Positions 10,069 to 17,976 of a stretch of DNA of 32,000 nucleotides are shown here, one piece after another. A model generated the notes under the pieces. That model was not told the DNA's origin. It searched no databases and saw only the letters and a list, made by a program, of their open reading frames with translations. Origin of the DNA: Erysipelothrix inopinata (GTDB lineage Bacteria > Bacillota_I > Bacilli_A > Erysipelotrichales > Erysipelotrichaceae); the NCBI RefSeq assembly GCF_014396165.1, contig NZ_CP060715.1:510001-542000 (forward strand), in the 5' to 3' direction. Position numbers and translations under genes: made by a program. Within the stretch, counting starts at the first letter, position 1; every line of letters starts with the position of its first letter.

Positions 10069-10097
10069 AGTGTATATGATATTGAAACCGCTGTCAA
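10069..10097 (-). promoter_or_regulatory. sigma-A type promoter of the GNAT-rbsK-rih-transporter operon, with an overlapping cre-like box
   Basis: On the minus strand: TTGACA (10097..10092), a 17-nt spacer, then TACACT (10074..10069). TGAAACCGCTGTCA (10083-10096) fits the CcpA cre consensus WTGNAANCGNWNNCW at every defined position and overlaps the -35. Confidence 0.5.
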
Positions 10098-10104
10098 GAA
10101 AAAA

Positions 10105-10120
10105 GATTAAGCGTTTAACC
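10105..10120 (-). promoter_or_regulatory. LacI-type operator-like box 2 (GATTAAGCGTTTAACC; core palindrome TTAAGCGTTTAA) upstream of the -35
   Basis: Second copy of the 16-bp box. The centre-to-centre distance to box 1 is 66 bp. Confidence 0.5.
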
Positions 10121-10143
10121 TAAATTATAAAAAAAATTACAGC

Positions 10144-11133
10144 CTAAGCTGCAATTTTCGGTTTGAGTACTGTATTTTCTTTATAATTCTCATCATCTAT
10201 CTGCTTAAGAAGTTGATCACATGCAATATTTCCTAACAGATTAATGTCTTGTTCAACTGAAGTAAGTGGAAGTCCAAACATCTCAGATTGCTTTAAGTTA
10301 TCATATCCAACAATCTTAATTTTATTACTTGATGTCTTTGTCTCAAACATTGCTTTAAACAAACCATATGCCATCAAGTCATTAAAAGCAAAGACTCCAT
10401 CTATATTATTATGCTCTAAAACTGATTTCCCAAACTTGTATCCTGTCTCAAAGCGATAATCACCATCGTAAATTGCATTGACATCAATTTTTAAGTTTGC
10501 TTCGTTCATTGCTTTTTCAAATCCCCTGTAGCGCTGGTTTCCGTTGTGGGTAGTAAGTCCACCTGTAAAGCAAGCAATTTCTTTACAACCCTCTTCAATT
10601 AAGTACTGTGTCGCAATATAGCCACCATATTCATGATCAAAAGAAACCTGGTTAAAATCAATTCCTTCAAATACACGGTCCACGAGTACAAAAGGAATTT
10701 CAATTTGGTGGTAAAAATTGCGTACTTGCTCGAGATTTGAATAGCTCTCAGTTGATGGACAGATTAAAAGTCCATCAATTTGGCGATCCGTTAATTCTCG
10801 AATCAATTCAATATCCTGATGAAAACTATCATCACTATTTACAATAAAGACTAAATAGCCTTTTTCCCTCATAATTTCTTCTATCTGTTTAGACAGTGTT
10901 GAAAAGAACGGGTTTTCTATATCAGGAATAATTAATCCTACAGTATGAGACTTCTGTGTTGATAAACTTCGAGCAAGATGATTGGGACGATAATTCATTT
11001 CCTCAGCAATTTTACGTATCTCATCTTTTTTACTTTGCGATATTCTTGATGGCTTATTATTAAGAACAAGCGAAACGGTAGCTTCTGATACCCCTGCAAC
11101 TTTAGCAATGTCTATAAGTCTTGTTTTTTTCAA
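10144..11133 (-). CDS. LacI family transcriptional regulator
   Basis: 329 aa. N-terminal HTH IDIAKVAGVSEATVSLVLNNK...NYRPNHLARSL, followed by a periplasmic-binding-protein-like sugar-binding fold (VGLIIPDIENPFF). TTG start at 11133, preceded by SD AAAGGGGTG. Confidence 0.9.
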   Translation of the reverse strand: MKKTRLIDIAKVAGVSEATVSLVLNNKPSRISQSKKDEIRKIAEEMNYRPNHLARSLSTQKSHTVGLIIPDIENPFFSTLSKQIEEIMREKGYLVFIVNSDDSFHQDIELIRELTDRQIDGLLICPSTESYSNLEQVRNFYHQIEIPFVLVDRVFEGIDFNQVSFDHEYGGYIATQYLIEEGCKEIACFTGGLTTHNGNQRYRGFEKAMNEANLKIDVNAIYDGDYRFETGYKFGKSVLEHNNIDGVFAFNDLMAYGLFKAMFETKTSSNKIKIVGYDNLKQSEMFGLPLTSVEQDINLLGNIACDQLLKQIDDENYKENTVLKPKIAA

Positions 11134-11245
11134 TGTTGCACCCCTTTTGTGGTAGTTCTTACCTATATCACTATTATATACAAATTCATCTTAAAAATGG
11201 AAATTAGTTTAGATAAGCTTGTCTTTATGTGTGTTATTTCAGTTT

Positions 11246-11308
11246 ATGAGCGATAAATGAGCGACAAATGAGCGACAAATGAGCGACAAATGAGCGACAA
11301 ATGAGCGT
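11246..11308. repeat. tandem repeat, 11-bp unit ATGAGCGACAA, 5 full copies plus a partial one
   Basis: Units at 11246, 11257, 11268, 11279 and 11290, with a partial unit at 11301-11308. The first unit has a C-to-T variant (GATAA). The array is intergenic, between the NUDIX gene terminator and the LacI-family gene promoter. Confidence 0.95.
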
Positions 11309-11357
11309 TAGTCATTTTTCTACACTAATATAATTAATATATATTTACTAGCTTACT

Positions 11358-11391
11358 AAAAAAAGTTCCACCTCTATATTAGAGATGGAAC
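11358..11391 (-). terminator. rho-independent terminator of the rnmV...prs-NUDIX transcription unit
   Basis: In the minus-strand RNA the stem is GUUCCAUCUCU / AGAGGUGGAAC (11 bp with one G-U, 5-nt loop), followed by UUUUUUU. It begins 5 nt after the NUDIX stop. Confidence 0.8.
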
Positions 11392-11395
11392 AAGA

Positions 11396-11821
11396 TTACT
11401 GTTCAATGAGTCCTTTACGCTGTTGAGATTCGTGGATAATATCAATGATATGTTTGATATTTCCTTGCCCAGCAAAGCGCGTGTCATCAGCAAAATTTTC
11501 TGTGACATCAATCCAAAGGAGTGGATTTTTCTCTTCGATCAACGTGACATCGTGATCTAGTTTTCCGTAAAATACCTGTAACTCAATACCGTCTAGGTGA
11601 TAACGCGTTGAAAAGAGGTAGGTTAAATCAAGATCATCACTTGAAATACCCGTTTCCTCAAACAACTCCCGATATGCACCTTCGACGGCTGTTTCGTTTT
11701 CATTTTTCTTACCACCTACAAAATTATAGAGTCCCTTATATGGATTCTTTTGACGGTGGCACATTAATACAGATTTTCCTGTCTTATCAAAGACAGCTAT
11801 AACGTTAACTTCTTTATACAT
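11396..11821 (-). CDS. NUDIX hydrolase
   Basis: 141 aa. Nudix box GGKKNENETAVEGAYRELFEETGI (GX5EX7REUXEEXGU). The start overlaps the prs stop (TAATG). Confidence 0.85.
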   Translation of the reverse strand: MYKEVNVIAVFDKTGKSVLMCHRQKNPYKGLYNFVGGKKNENETAVEGAYRELFEETGISSDDLDLTYLFSTRYHLDGIELQVFYGKLDHDVTLIEEKNPLLWIDVTENFADDTRFAGQGNIKHIIDIIHESQQRKGLIEQ

Positions 11822-12783
11822 TAGTCATTGAAGAGATCAAATAATGTACTTACAGGTTTGTGAGTTTCAATCGCTTCGATTGCTTTCGCTAACATGTAAC
11901 CTACAGATATTTGTTTAATTTTTGGTTCTTGACGCGCTTCTTCTTTTAATGGAATCGTATTGGTAACTAAGAGTTCCTTTAAAGATGACGAAGCAATACG
12001 TTCAACTGCAGGACCTGAAAGAATACCGTGCGTACATGCAGCGTACACTTCTTTAGCTCCCTTATCATACAACATATCGATACCACCCATTAAAGAACCG
12101 GCTGTATCAACCATGTCATCAATAACAATTGCGATTTTACCATCAACATCACCAATTAAGTTCATTGCTTCCGCAACATTAGGTTTTGTACGACGCTTAT
12201 CGATGATTGCGATTGTTGATCCTGGAATTACATCTGATAATTTACGAGCACGAGTTGCTCCACCATGGTCTGGTGAAACAATAACAATTTCGTCTTCGAA
12301 ATTCTTATTACGGTAGTATTGTCCAATCATTGATACCGCTGTAAGGTCATCTGTTGGAATATCAAAGAATCCTTGAATTTGCGGTGCATGAAGGTCAATC
12401 ATTACGACACGATCTGCTCCAGCTGTTGTTAAAAGGTTTGCCATCAATTTTGATGAAATTGGTTGACGTGCACGTGCTTTACGATCTTGTCGTGCATAAC
12501 CGTAGTATGGCATTACTACTGTAATTTCATCTGCTGATGCTCTGCGACATGCATCAAGTGCGATAAGCACTTCCATGTATGTTTCACTTACTGGTGAACA
12601 TGTTGATTGGATAATGAAAACAGATTTTCCCCGAACTGATTCCAATGGTTCAACTAAAATTTCTCCGTCAGCAAAATGTTTAACATCAATCTTACCTCGG
12701 TCTAAATTCAAATGCTCACAAATCTCGTCTGCTAATTCTACGTTCGACGACAACGCAAAAATAACTGTATCTTCTCTCTTCAT
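11821..12783 (-). CDS. prs: ribose-phosphate diphosphokinase (PRPP synthetase)
   Basis: 320 aa. Motifs: YYGYARQDRK, DLHAPQIQGFFDIP, and the PRPP-binding loop IVIDDMVDTAGS. Confidence 0.95.
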   Translation of the reverse strand: MKREDTVIFALSSNVELADEICEHLNLDRGKIDVKHFADGEILVEPLESVRGKSVFIIQSTCSPVSETYMEVLIALDACRRASADEITVVMPYYGYARQDRKARARQPISSKLMANLLTTAGADRVVMIDLHAPQIQGFFDIPTDDLTAVSMIGQYYRNKNFEDEIVIVSPDHGGATRARKLSDVIPGSTIAIIDKRRTKPNVAEAMNLIGDVDGKIAIVIDDMVDTAGSLMGGIDMLYDKGAKEVYAACTHGILSGPAVERIASSSLKELLVTNTIPLKEEARQEPKIKQISVGYMLAKAIEAIETHKPVSTLFDLFND

Positions 12784-12785
12784 TT

Positions 12786-14150
12786 CTATTTGCCCTCTTT
12801 ACTAATATATTTGGTACCGTAGCCAGGTTTATTTTCTTGACGGGAACGTGCAATGGCCAATGCCCCGTTTTCAACGTTTTGATTTACAGTTGAGCCCGCA
12901 GCGATCACTGCATCGTTTCCAATAGTAATCGGTGCAATCAGATTACTATTACTTCCAATAAACGCATTATTACCTATAGAAGTTTGGTATTTATGCTTAC
13001 CATCATAATTAACCGTTACAACACCACAACCTATATTAACATTTTTACCCACTTTTGTATCGCCTAAATAGACAAGATGTGAACATTTCGAGCCTTCTGA
13101 GAAGAAAGTATTCTTAAACTCGACAAAATTACCAATTCTACAGCCATCTTCAACTACAGAATTCATTCGTAAATGAGAGTTTGGTCCGACAACGACATTG
13201 TTATGAATCGTTGTGTTCATAATTTTACTGCTTTCAATGACAGTCTTCTTACCAATTGTTGCATTTTCAATCCAACAGTTTGGTAAAATCTCTGTTTCTG
13301 CACCGATGGAAGTCTTTCCATAGATGTGATTATTCGGATAAATTATAGCATCCGCTTCAATTGTAACTTCTGTTGCAATATAGGTAGTATTGGGATCCAT
13401 AATTGTTACCCCATTCACCATATGCTTAAGATTAACTTTTTGTTGCAACCATTGTGATGCTTTTAATAGTTGCATACGATCATTCACGCCAAAGTACTCT
13501 TCTGGATCATCAACACGAAGTGATTGGATCTTATGTCCATTTTTCTTCATGATTTCTGCAAGCTTGATTATATTAACTTCATCCGTTGCTGGATCATCTT
13601 TGATTTCATCTAAGTATTTGAATAGAAGTTTGTTATTTACACAGTAAATTCCCAAACTTATTTCATTAATAGCTTGTTCTGCTTCAGTTAGAGTTCTGTA
13701 ATCAACGATACGATCGATGTAGCCTTGATTATCACGAACGATACGGCGGTAGTTCGCAGGTTGTGCTACCTTTGCGGAAAGTACCGTCAAATCATTACCT
13801 TGGTGTTTCTCAAATATGTTTGCGAGTGATTCTGGTTGAATAAGTGCGCAGTCTCCTAAAACAATTAAAGTTGAGCCTTCAAGACCTCTTAACTGATTTA
13901 CACGAGATACTGCATCTCCAGTTCCATATTGTTCTTCTTGATACGCAATCTCTACACGTCCATTAAGGTATGCTTCTACCTCTTCATGTTGATGTCCTGT
14001 AACGACAACAATCTTATCAGTATCAATCATCTCTAAATGATCCACAAGATGACCTATCATTGGTTTATGAAGAATTTCATGCATTACTTTACTTTTATTG
14101 GATTGCATTCGGGTACCTTTACCCCCAGCTAGTACAATAGCATATTTCAT
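12786..14150 (-). CDS. glmU: bifunctional UDP-N-acetylglucosamine diphosphorylase / glucosamine-1-phosphate N-acetyltransferase
   Basis: 454 aa. N-terminal AIVLAGGKGTRM nucleotidyltransferase motif, with C-terminal left-handed beta-helix hexapeptide repeats. SD GGAGG lies upstream. Confidence 0.95.
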   Translation of the reverse strand: MKYAIVLAGGKGTRMQSNKSKVMHEILHKPMIGHLVDHLEMIDTDKIVVVTGHQHEEVEAYLNGRVEIAYQEEQYGTGDAVSRVNQLRGLEGSTLIVLGDCALIQPESLANIFEKHQGNDLTVLSAKVAQPANYRRIVRDNQGYIDRIVDYRTLTEAEQAINEISLGIYCVNNKLLFKYLDEIKDDPATDEVNIIKLAEIMKKNGHKIQSLRVDDPEEYFGVNDRMQLLKASQWLQQKVNLKHMVNGVTIMDPNTTYIATEVTIEADAIIYPNNHIYGKTSIGAETEILPNCWIENATIGKKTVIESSKIMNTTIHNNVVVGPNSHLRMNSVVEDGCRIGNFVEFKNTFFSEGSKCSHLVYLGDTKVGKNVNIGCGVVTVNYDGKHKYQTSIGNNAFIGSNSNLIAPITIGNDAVIAAGSTVNQNVENGALAIARSRQENKPGYGTKYISKEGK

Positions 14151-14192
14151 TTTGATCGCCTCCGTTTTTATTTTATCATATAAATGTGAAAA

Positions 14193-15026
14193 TCACTTTT
14201 TTATTCGCCCATATTTTACAAACGGATAGTCAAAAACAATTTTTTCATAGATGCGTATGGCCTCATCACGATTTTCAGTAAGTCCGAAAATAGTTGTTCC
14301 TGTTCCACTCATACAAACACCTTGAAGACCCTCGTCTTTAAGCATTCTCGCAACTTTTTTTAGTTTCGAATTCTTCTTAGATATTGCTCGTTGAAAATCG
14401 TTGTGCATATGATCACTCATAAGTTCAAAGTTTTGACTTATTAGACCTTCATGGCATAGATCGAAGTTATGGTCATAGTGAAAATGTTGGTATTTCTTTA
14501 AGAATGATTTCGTACTTACACCAAATCCTGGTTTTACCATTACGTAGTATAAATCCATATTATAATCTAGAATTTCAATTTCATCCCCAATACCCTCAAC
14601 AATGGCTGGTTTATTAAAAAGACAGAAGGGTGTATCCTCATCAATCTCACGAGCCACATCAATAAGTTCTTGTGACGTTAGGTTCAAATCGTATAAATCA
14701 TTAAGCATGTTAATGACTGCTGCGGCATCTGCACTACCACCACCTAAGCCTGATTGAGCTGGAATATTTTTTACAATTTTCACTTTAAAATTATCTTGAA
14801 TATCATATCGTTTCTTCATGATCATAATCGACTTATAGACCGTATTACGTTTGTCATTAGGAAGATACTCTTTATCTGTCTCTAGGACCATCTCAGGGCT
14901 CTTCTCGAGGTATACCATATCAAATAAATCGATTGGCATAATAATATTCTTAAATCGCAACATACCCTCTTTACGTTCTTGAGCATGCAAAAAGAACGTT
15001 AATTTTGCATACGCCTTCCTACGCAT
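14193..15026 (-). CDS. ispE: 4-diphosphocytidyl-2-C-methyl-D-erythritol kinase-like GHMP kinase
   Basis: GHMP motif IPAQSGLGGGSADAAAVINML. I prefer ATG 15026 (MRRKAYAKLTFFLHA), which has GGAG 6 nt upstream, over the longest-ORF start at 15059. TGA stop. It holds the Bacillus-like position after rsmA. Confidence 0.8.
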   Translation of the reverse strand: MRRKAYAKLTFFLHAQERKEGMLRFKNIIMPIDLFDMVYLEKSPEMVLETDKEYLPNDKRNTVYKSIMIMKKRYDIQDNFKVKIVKNIPAQSGLGGGSADAAAVINMLNDLYDLNLTSQELIDVAREIDEDTPFCLFNKPAIVEGIGDEIEILDYNMDLYYVMVKPGFGVSTKSFLKKYQHFHYDHNFDLCHEGLISQNFELMSDHMHNDFQRAISKKNSKLKKVARMLKDEGLQGVCMSGTGTTIFGLTENRDEAIRIYEKIVFDYPFVKYGRIKK

Positions 15027-15831
15027 AAAGAGCTCCGTATAACTTAAGATAGTCATCATAAGTTAAATAATCCGCACGAATGGATGGATTCAAGCCTATA
15101 CTTTCTAGAATTGTATTGTAATTACGTTCTTTATCTATTGTCTTTAAATTGTTAACAAGGGTTTTACGTCTAAATTGGAAACACTTTTTAACGAAATCAA
15201 AAAACTCACGTTCATCATAAGGCATTGATTGGTTCTTAGGTTTTAACTGGATTACGATACTATCAACATTAGGACGTGGATGAAATGTTTCTTTAGAAAC
15301 TTTTATTATCGTCTTAATATCAAAGTAGTATTGCATTTGAATGCTCAGTGCTGCATAGTCCTTTGTCTCAGGTTTTGCGGTTAAGCGATCTGATATTTCC
15401 TTTTGGACCATCACTGTCATTTGTTTAACATTCAATTCCATCAATTTAAACAATATCGGTGTCGTAATATAGTATGGCAAATTAGCACATACTGTAAGAG
15501 GTTCTTTATATTCTGATAAATCTGCTTTTAGAAAATCCTGATGAATTACAGAAACATTCTCACATTCTTCAAGACTCTCGGATAATATCTCAACCATATT
15601 CGGATCAATTTCATAAGCAATGACTTCATCATAACGTTTAGAGAGTTGTTGTGTTAAAGCCCCAAGTCCGGGTCCTATTTCCAAACACAGTCCACCTTCT
15701 CCACTTTGCCTTGCAATATTTTCAACTACTGAAGGATCTATAATGAAGTTTTGACCAAAATGTTTCTTGGCTCTACGTTCGTATTTTTGTAAAAGTTCCA
15801 TACTCACGGAATAATTAGCGATCGTTTTCAT
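15019..15831 (-). CDS. rsmA: 16S rRNA (adenine1518/1519-N6)-dimethyltransferase
   Basis: 270 aa. KKHFGQNFIIDPSVV and the SAM-binding motif CLEIGPGLGALT. Overlaps the rnmV stop. Confidence 0.93.
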   Translation of the reverse strand: MKTIANYSVSMELLQKYERRAKKHFGQNFIIDPSVVENIARQSGEGGLCLEIGPGLGALTQQLSKRYDEVIAYEIDPNMVEILSESLEECENVSVIHQDFLKADLSEYKEPLTVCANLPYYITTPILFKLMELNVKQMTVMVQKEISDRLTAKPETKDYAALSIQMQYYFDIKTIIKVSKETFHPRPNVDSIVIQLKPKNQSMPYDEREFFDFVKKCFQFRRKTLVNNLKTIDKERNYNTILESIGLNPSIRADYLTYDDYLKLYGALYA

Positions 15832-16372
15832 TTTCTTTATCTCCTAGTATTTTTGTACATTGCTCAAAAGTACATTGCATCATGTTCAGATATTTATATA
15901 GTGTTTTCGCATTAGACTTTGGAATCGATAGTGATTCAGATAAGAAATCACGTCTTTCTTGGCTGTTTGGTTTTCCAGCAAGATCTAAATCGACAAATTC
16001 ATGCCATGACAAAGTATCTTCCTGTTTCTCAAAGACCACAGCTTGCGCAAGTGCTTCGAGAATATCTTCACAGTCAGCGTGTTCAATTCCAACTTTTTGT
16101 TTCTTCTTAGTTTGTATAACATTCAGGGATGCGTGCTTACACGGTCCAACATAATTCATAATTGTTCGACGAATGTACTCACCTGGTCCATCTGGATCCG
16201 TAAAAATAAGAATTCCTTGGTTTTCATTTAGACGTTTGCATAAGTCTAGAAATTCTCTTGAGATGTGAGTGCCATTAGAATAAATTACTTTAGCATCCAC
16301 GCATTGTTCAAGCTTCTCAAGATCGTGCTTCCCCTCAACAATAATTACTTCTTTAACAAATTGTTTTTTCAT
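15815..16372 (-). CDS. rnmV: ribonuclease M5 (Toprim domain)
   Basis: 185 aa. EVIIVEGKHD and ILIFTDPDGPGEYIR Toprim motifs. Conserved rnmV-rsmA pairing. Confidence 0.9.
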   Translation of the reverse strand: MKKQFVKEVIIVEGKHDLEKLEQCVDAKVIYSNGTHISREFLDLCKRLNENQGILIFTDPDGPGEYIRRTIMNYVGPCKHASLNVIQTKKKQKVGIEHADCEDILEALAQAVVFEKQEDTLSWHEFVDLDLAGKPNSQERRDFLSESLSIPKSNAKTLYKYLNMMQCTFEQCTKILGDKENENDR

Positions 16373-16378
16373 GGAAAC

Positions 16379-16387
16379 ATTATATCA
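16379..16387 (-). promoter_or_regulatory. extended -10 promoter element (TGaTATAAT) 6 nt upstream of the rnmV ATG
   Basis: The minus strand reads TGATATAAT GTTTCC ATG. There is no SD between the -10 and the ATG. It lies just downstream of the terminator of the preceding gene. Confidence 0.4.
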
Positions 16388-16426
16388 TGATTACACAATT
16401 AAAAAAACTGACATTCAAAGAGAATA

Positions 16427-16463
16427 AAAGACTGGAATCGAAATTTAAAATTTCGCCAGTCTT
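16427..16463 (-). terminator. rho-independent terminator after the YabE-like gene
   Basis: Minus-strand RNA: AAGACUGG-CGAAAUU-UUA-AAUUUCG-AUU-CCAGUCUU, followed by UUAUUCU. The outer stem is 8 bp and the inner stem 7 bp. Confidence 0.7.
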
Positions 16464-16491
16464 ATCTGTTTCATCATGGTCATGAATGATA

Positions 16492-17325
16492 CTAAATACC
16501 GCAGTCCCACTGACCGTTATTTCGAACACGAGAATTCGTACTCAAAATCTTAACTTTAGCATCTTGTCGTCTTCCTTGGCTTAAAAGCATATCCGTTTCC
16601 GAACCTGCAAACAAGTCAATTTTAGACCCTTGTATTGCGCCACCTCTGTCTAAGACGATGGCTTGGAAAGGAACACCCGGAGTAATTCCTTGTCCACTGA
16701 CAGTATGATCTGATATCTCAACAATTGAGCATAATGGTACATCTGATGACGTCGCAATGATGTAGTAACCTTCATAAGTTACTCCTGGTTTCCAGCTTCC
16801 ATCACGCTGACGAACAGAATCAAGTCCTAATGCAATTCCTGCAGAAGTCCCTCCAGTTCCTCCTTCAGACATATTACATCCTGCACAGTTTACACCATAG
16901 CGTGTAATACGACTCGCATTATAATATGCGTCCGCTTGTGCTCTTTGACCACTTTCATAGATTGTTGGTGTTGATTCAACAACCTCTGCTGCATTTGGTA
17001 TTTCTACTCTTGATAACAAATCACCCTGTGAATTATACATTCGTTTATATTTCGTAGTTTTTGTCCCACGAATCCCATCTTGAGTTTTCGCATAGATCCA
17101 AGATGTTCCATCCGAAACAACTGAGGATTCACGTTCAATAACGCCTGCCTCTTCAAGCGGTTCAACAACTTCTTCGATGTCAAACCTATAAGGTTCCTCT
17201 TTTTCTTCATTCAATTCATTCAGTTTTGGGTATGTAATTTCGATATCGGCGTCCGCATTAACGGCACAGCCACTAATGATTGTTACCATGACCATCATGT
17301 AGATAATCAACATGTATTTCTTCAT
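16492..17325 (-). CDS. YabE-like cell-wall lipoprotein with G5-like and C-terminal 3D (MltA/RlpA-type double-psi beta-barrel) domains
   Basis: Preferred start is ATG 17325 (MKKYMLIIYMMVMVTIISGC, with lipobox ISGC), preceded by SD AAAGGAGA. The C-terminus YYIIATSSDVPLCSIVEISDH...AIVLDRGGAIQGSKIDLF resembles the 3D domain. Its position upstream of rnmV matches B. subtilis yabE. Confidence 0.75.
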   Translation of the reverse strand: MKKYMLIIYMMVMVTIISGCAVNADADIEITYPKLNELNEEKEEPYRFDIEEVVEPLEEAGVIERESSVVSDGTSWIYAKTQDGIRGTKTTKYKRMYNSQGDLLSRVEIPNAAEVVESTPTIYESGQRAQADAYYNASRITRYGVNCAGCNMSEGGTGGTSAGIALGLDSVRQRDGSWKPGVTYEGYYIIATSSDVPLCSIVEISDHTVSGQGITPGVPFQAIVLDRGGAIQGSKIDLFAGSETDMLLSQGRRQDAKVKILSTNSRVRNNGQWDCGI

Positions 17326-17356
17326 TAAAATGTCTCCTTTCAAAAAAGACCATGAG

Positions 17357-17385
17357 AATATAGCACACGATTTATGACTGGTCAA
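17357..17385 (-). promoter_or_regulatory. sigma-A type promoter of the YabE-like gene
   Basis: Minus strand: TTGACC (17385..17380), a 17-nt spacer, then TATATT (17362..17357). Confidence 0.55.
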
Positions 17386-17426
17386 CTTTTAATACTCTTT
17401 TTTTAAACTTAATTTTTTACGAAATT

Positions 17427-17452
17427 AAAAATATCCACTCGTAAGTGGATAT
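17427..17452 (-). terminator. rho-independent terminator after queT
   Basis: Minus-strand RNA: AUAUCCACU-UACG-AGUGGAUAU, followed by UUUUAAUUU. Confidence 0.8.
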
Positions 17453-17487
17453 GTAAATAATACGATAAATTATGGGAAATTATGTGA

Positions 17488-17961
17488 TTATCCGAAATAT
17501 TCTTTAATTTTCGGATTATTCACGACTGGCTTCATCAAGATAAATCCAGGTATAAATGTTGCGACAAACTCCCCAATAAATACCGAAGCAATGTTCATAA
17601 TGAGGGTTAATTCACCGTATACTGCATAGGTCAATATGATCCCTACGATTATACCGTTAATAACCGATGGCCATAGGAGTGCGACATACTTATTTTTAGT
17701 GTATGCCATCGCAACACAGGTTAAAGTAGTTGCTAAGGTACCAAATATAATATCAATTAAACCCAGAGGACTACCTAAATTGGTAATAAAACATCCGATA
17801 ATAATTCCAATTGAATGTTTTGGACTAATTAATACTAGAATTAATAGTGCTTCTGCCACACGAACTTGTATCGGTCCATATGTAAAAGGTGCCAACATGT
17901 ATGATAGTGCGACATACAATGCTGCAATAAATGCTTGTAATACTAAATCTTTCGTTTTCAT
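17488..17961 (-). CDS. queT: QueT-family queuosine-precursor transporter (ECF-type S component)
   Basis: 157-aa protein with about five TM segments. The N-terminus LVLQAFIAALYVALSYMLAPFTYGPIQVRVAEALLIL resembles the QueT family by eye. SD AAGGAG lies upstream. Confidence 0.7.
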   Translation of the reverse strand: MKTKDLVLQAFIAALYVALSYMLAPFTYGPIQVRVAEALLILVLISPKHSIGIIIGCFITNLGSPLGLIDIIFGTLATTLTCVAMAYTKNKYVALLWPSVINGIIVGIILTYAVYGELTLIMNIASVFIGEFVATFIPGFILMKPVVNNPKIKEYFG

Positions 17962-17976
17962 TCTAACTCCTTAAAT

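Noticed and set aside
11246-11308. The 11-bp tandem array considered as a CRISPR array, or as coding for mini-ORFs (each unit reads ATG AGC GAC AAA TGA = MSDK, with the stop overlapping the next ATG)
   Set aside because: The repeats are contiguous with no spacers and far too short for CRISPR, and there are no cas genes. The mini-ORFs have no SD and sit on the strand opposite both flanking genes. The overlapping ATGA is a by-product of the repeat sequence.
14193-15059. Longest-ORF N-terminal extensions: ispE from 15059, the YabE-like gene from 17385, the lipoprotein from 31997, the helicase from 27750
   Set aside because: The internal ATGs have proper SD sequences. They give canonical N-termini: the IspE-like KAYAKL(T)F, lipoprotein signal peptides with lipoboxes, and MYSKYKF preceded by GGAGGA. 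The extensions overlap upstream genes or terminators.
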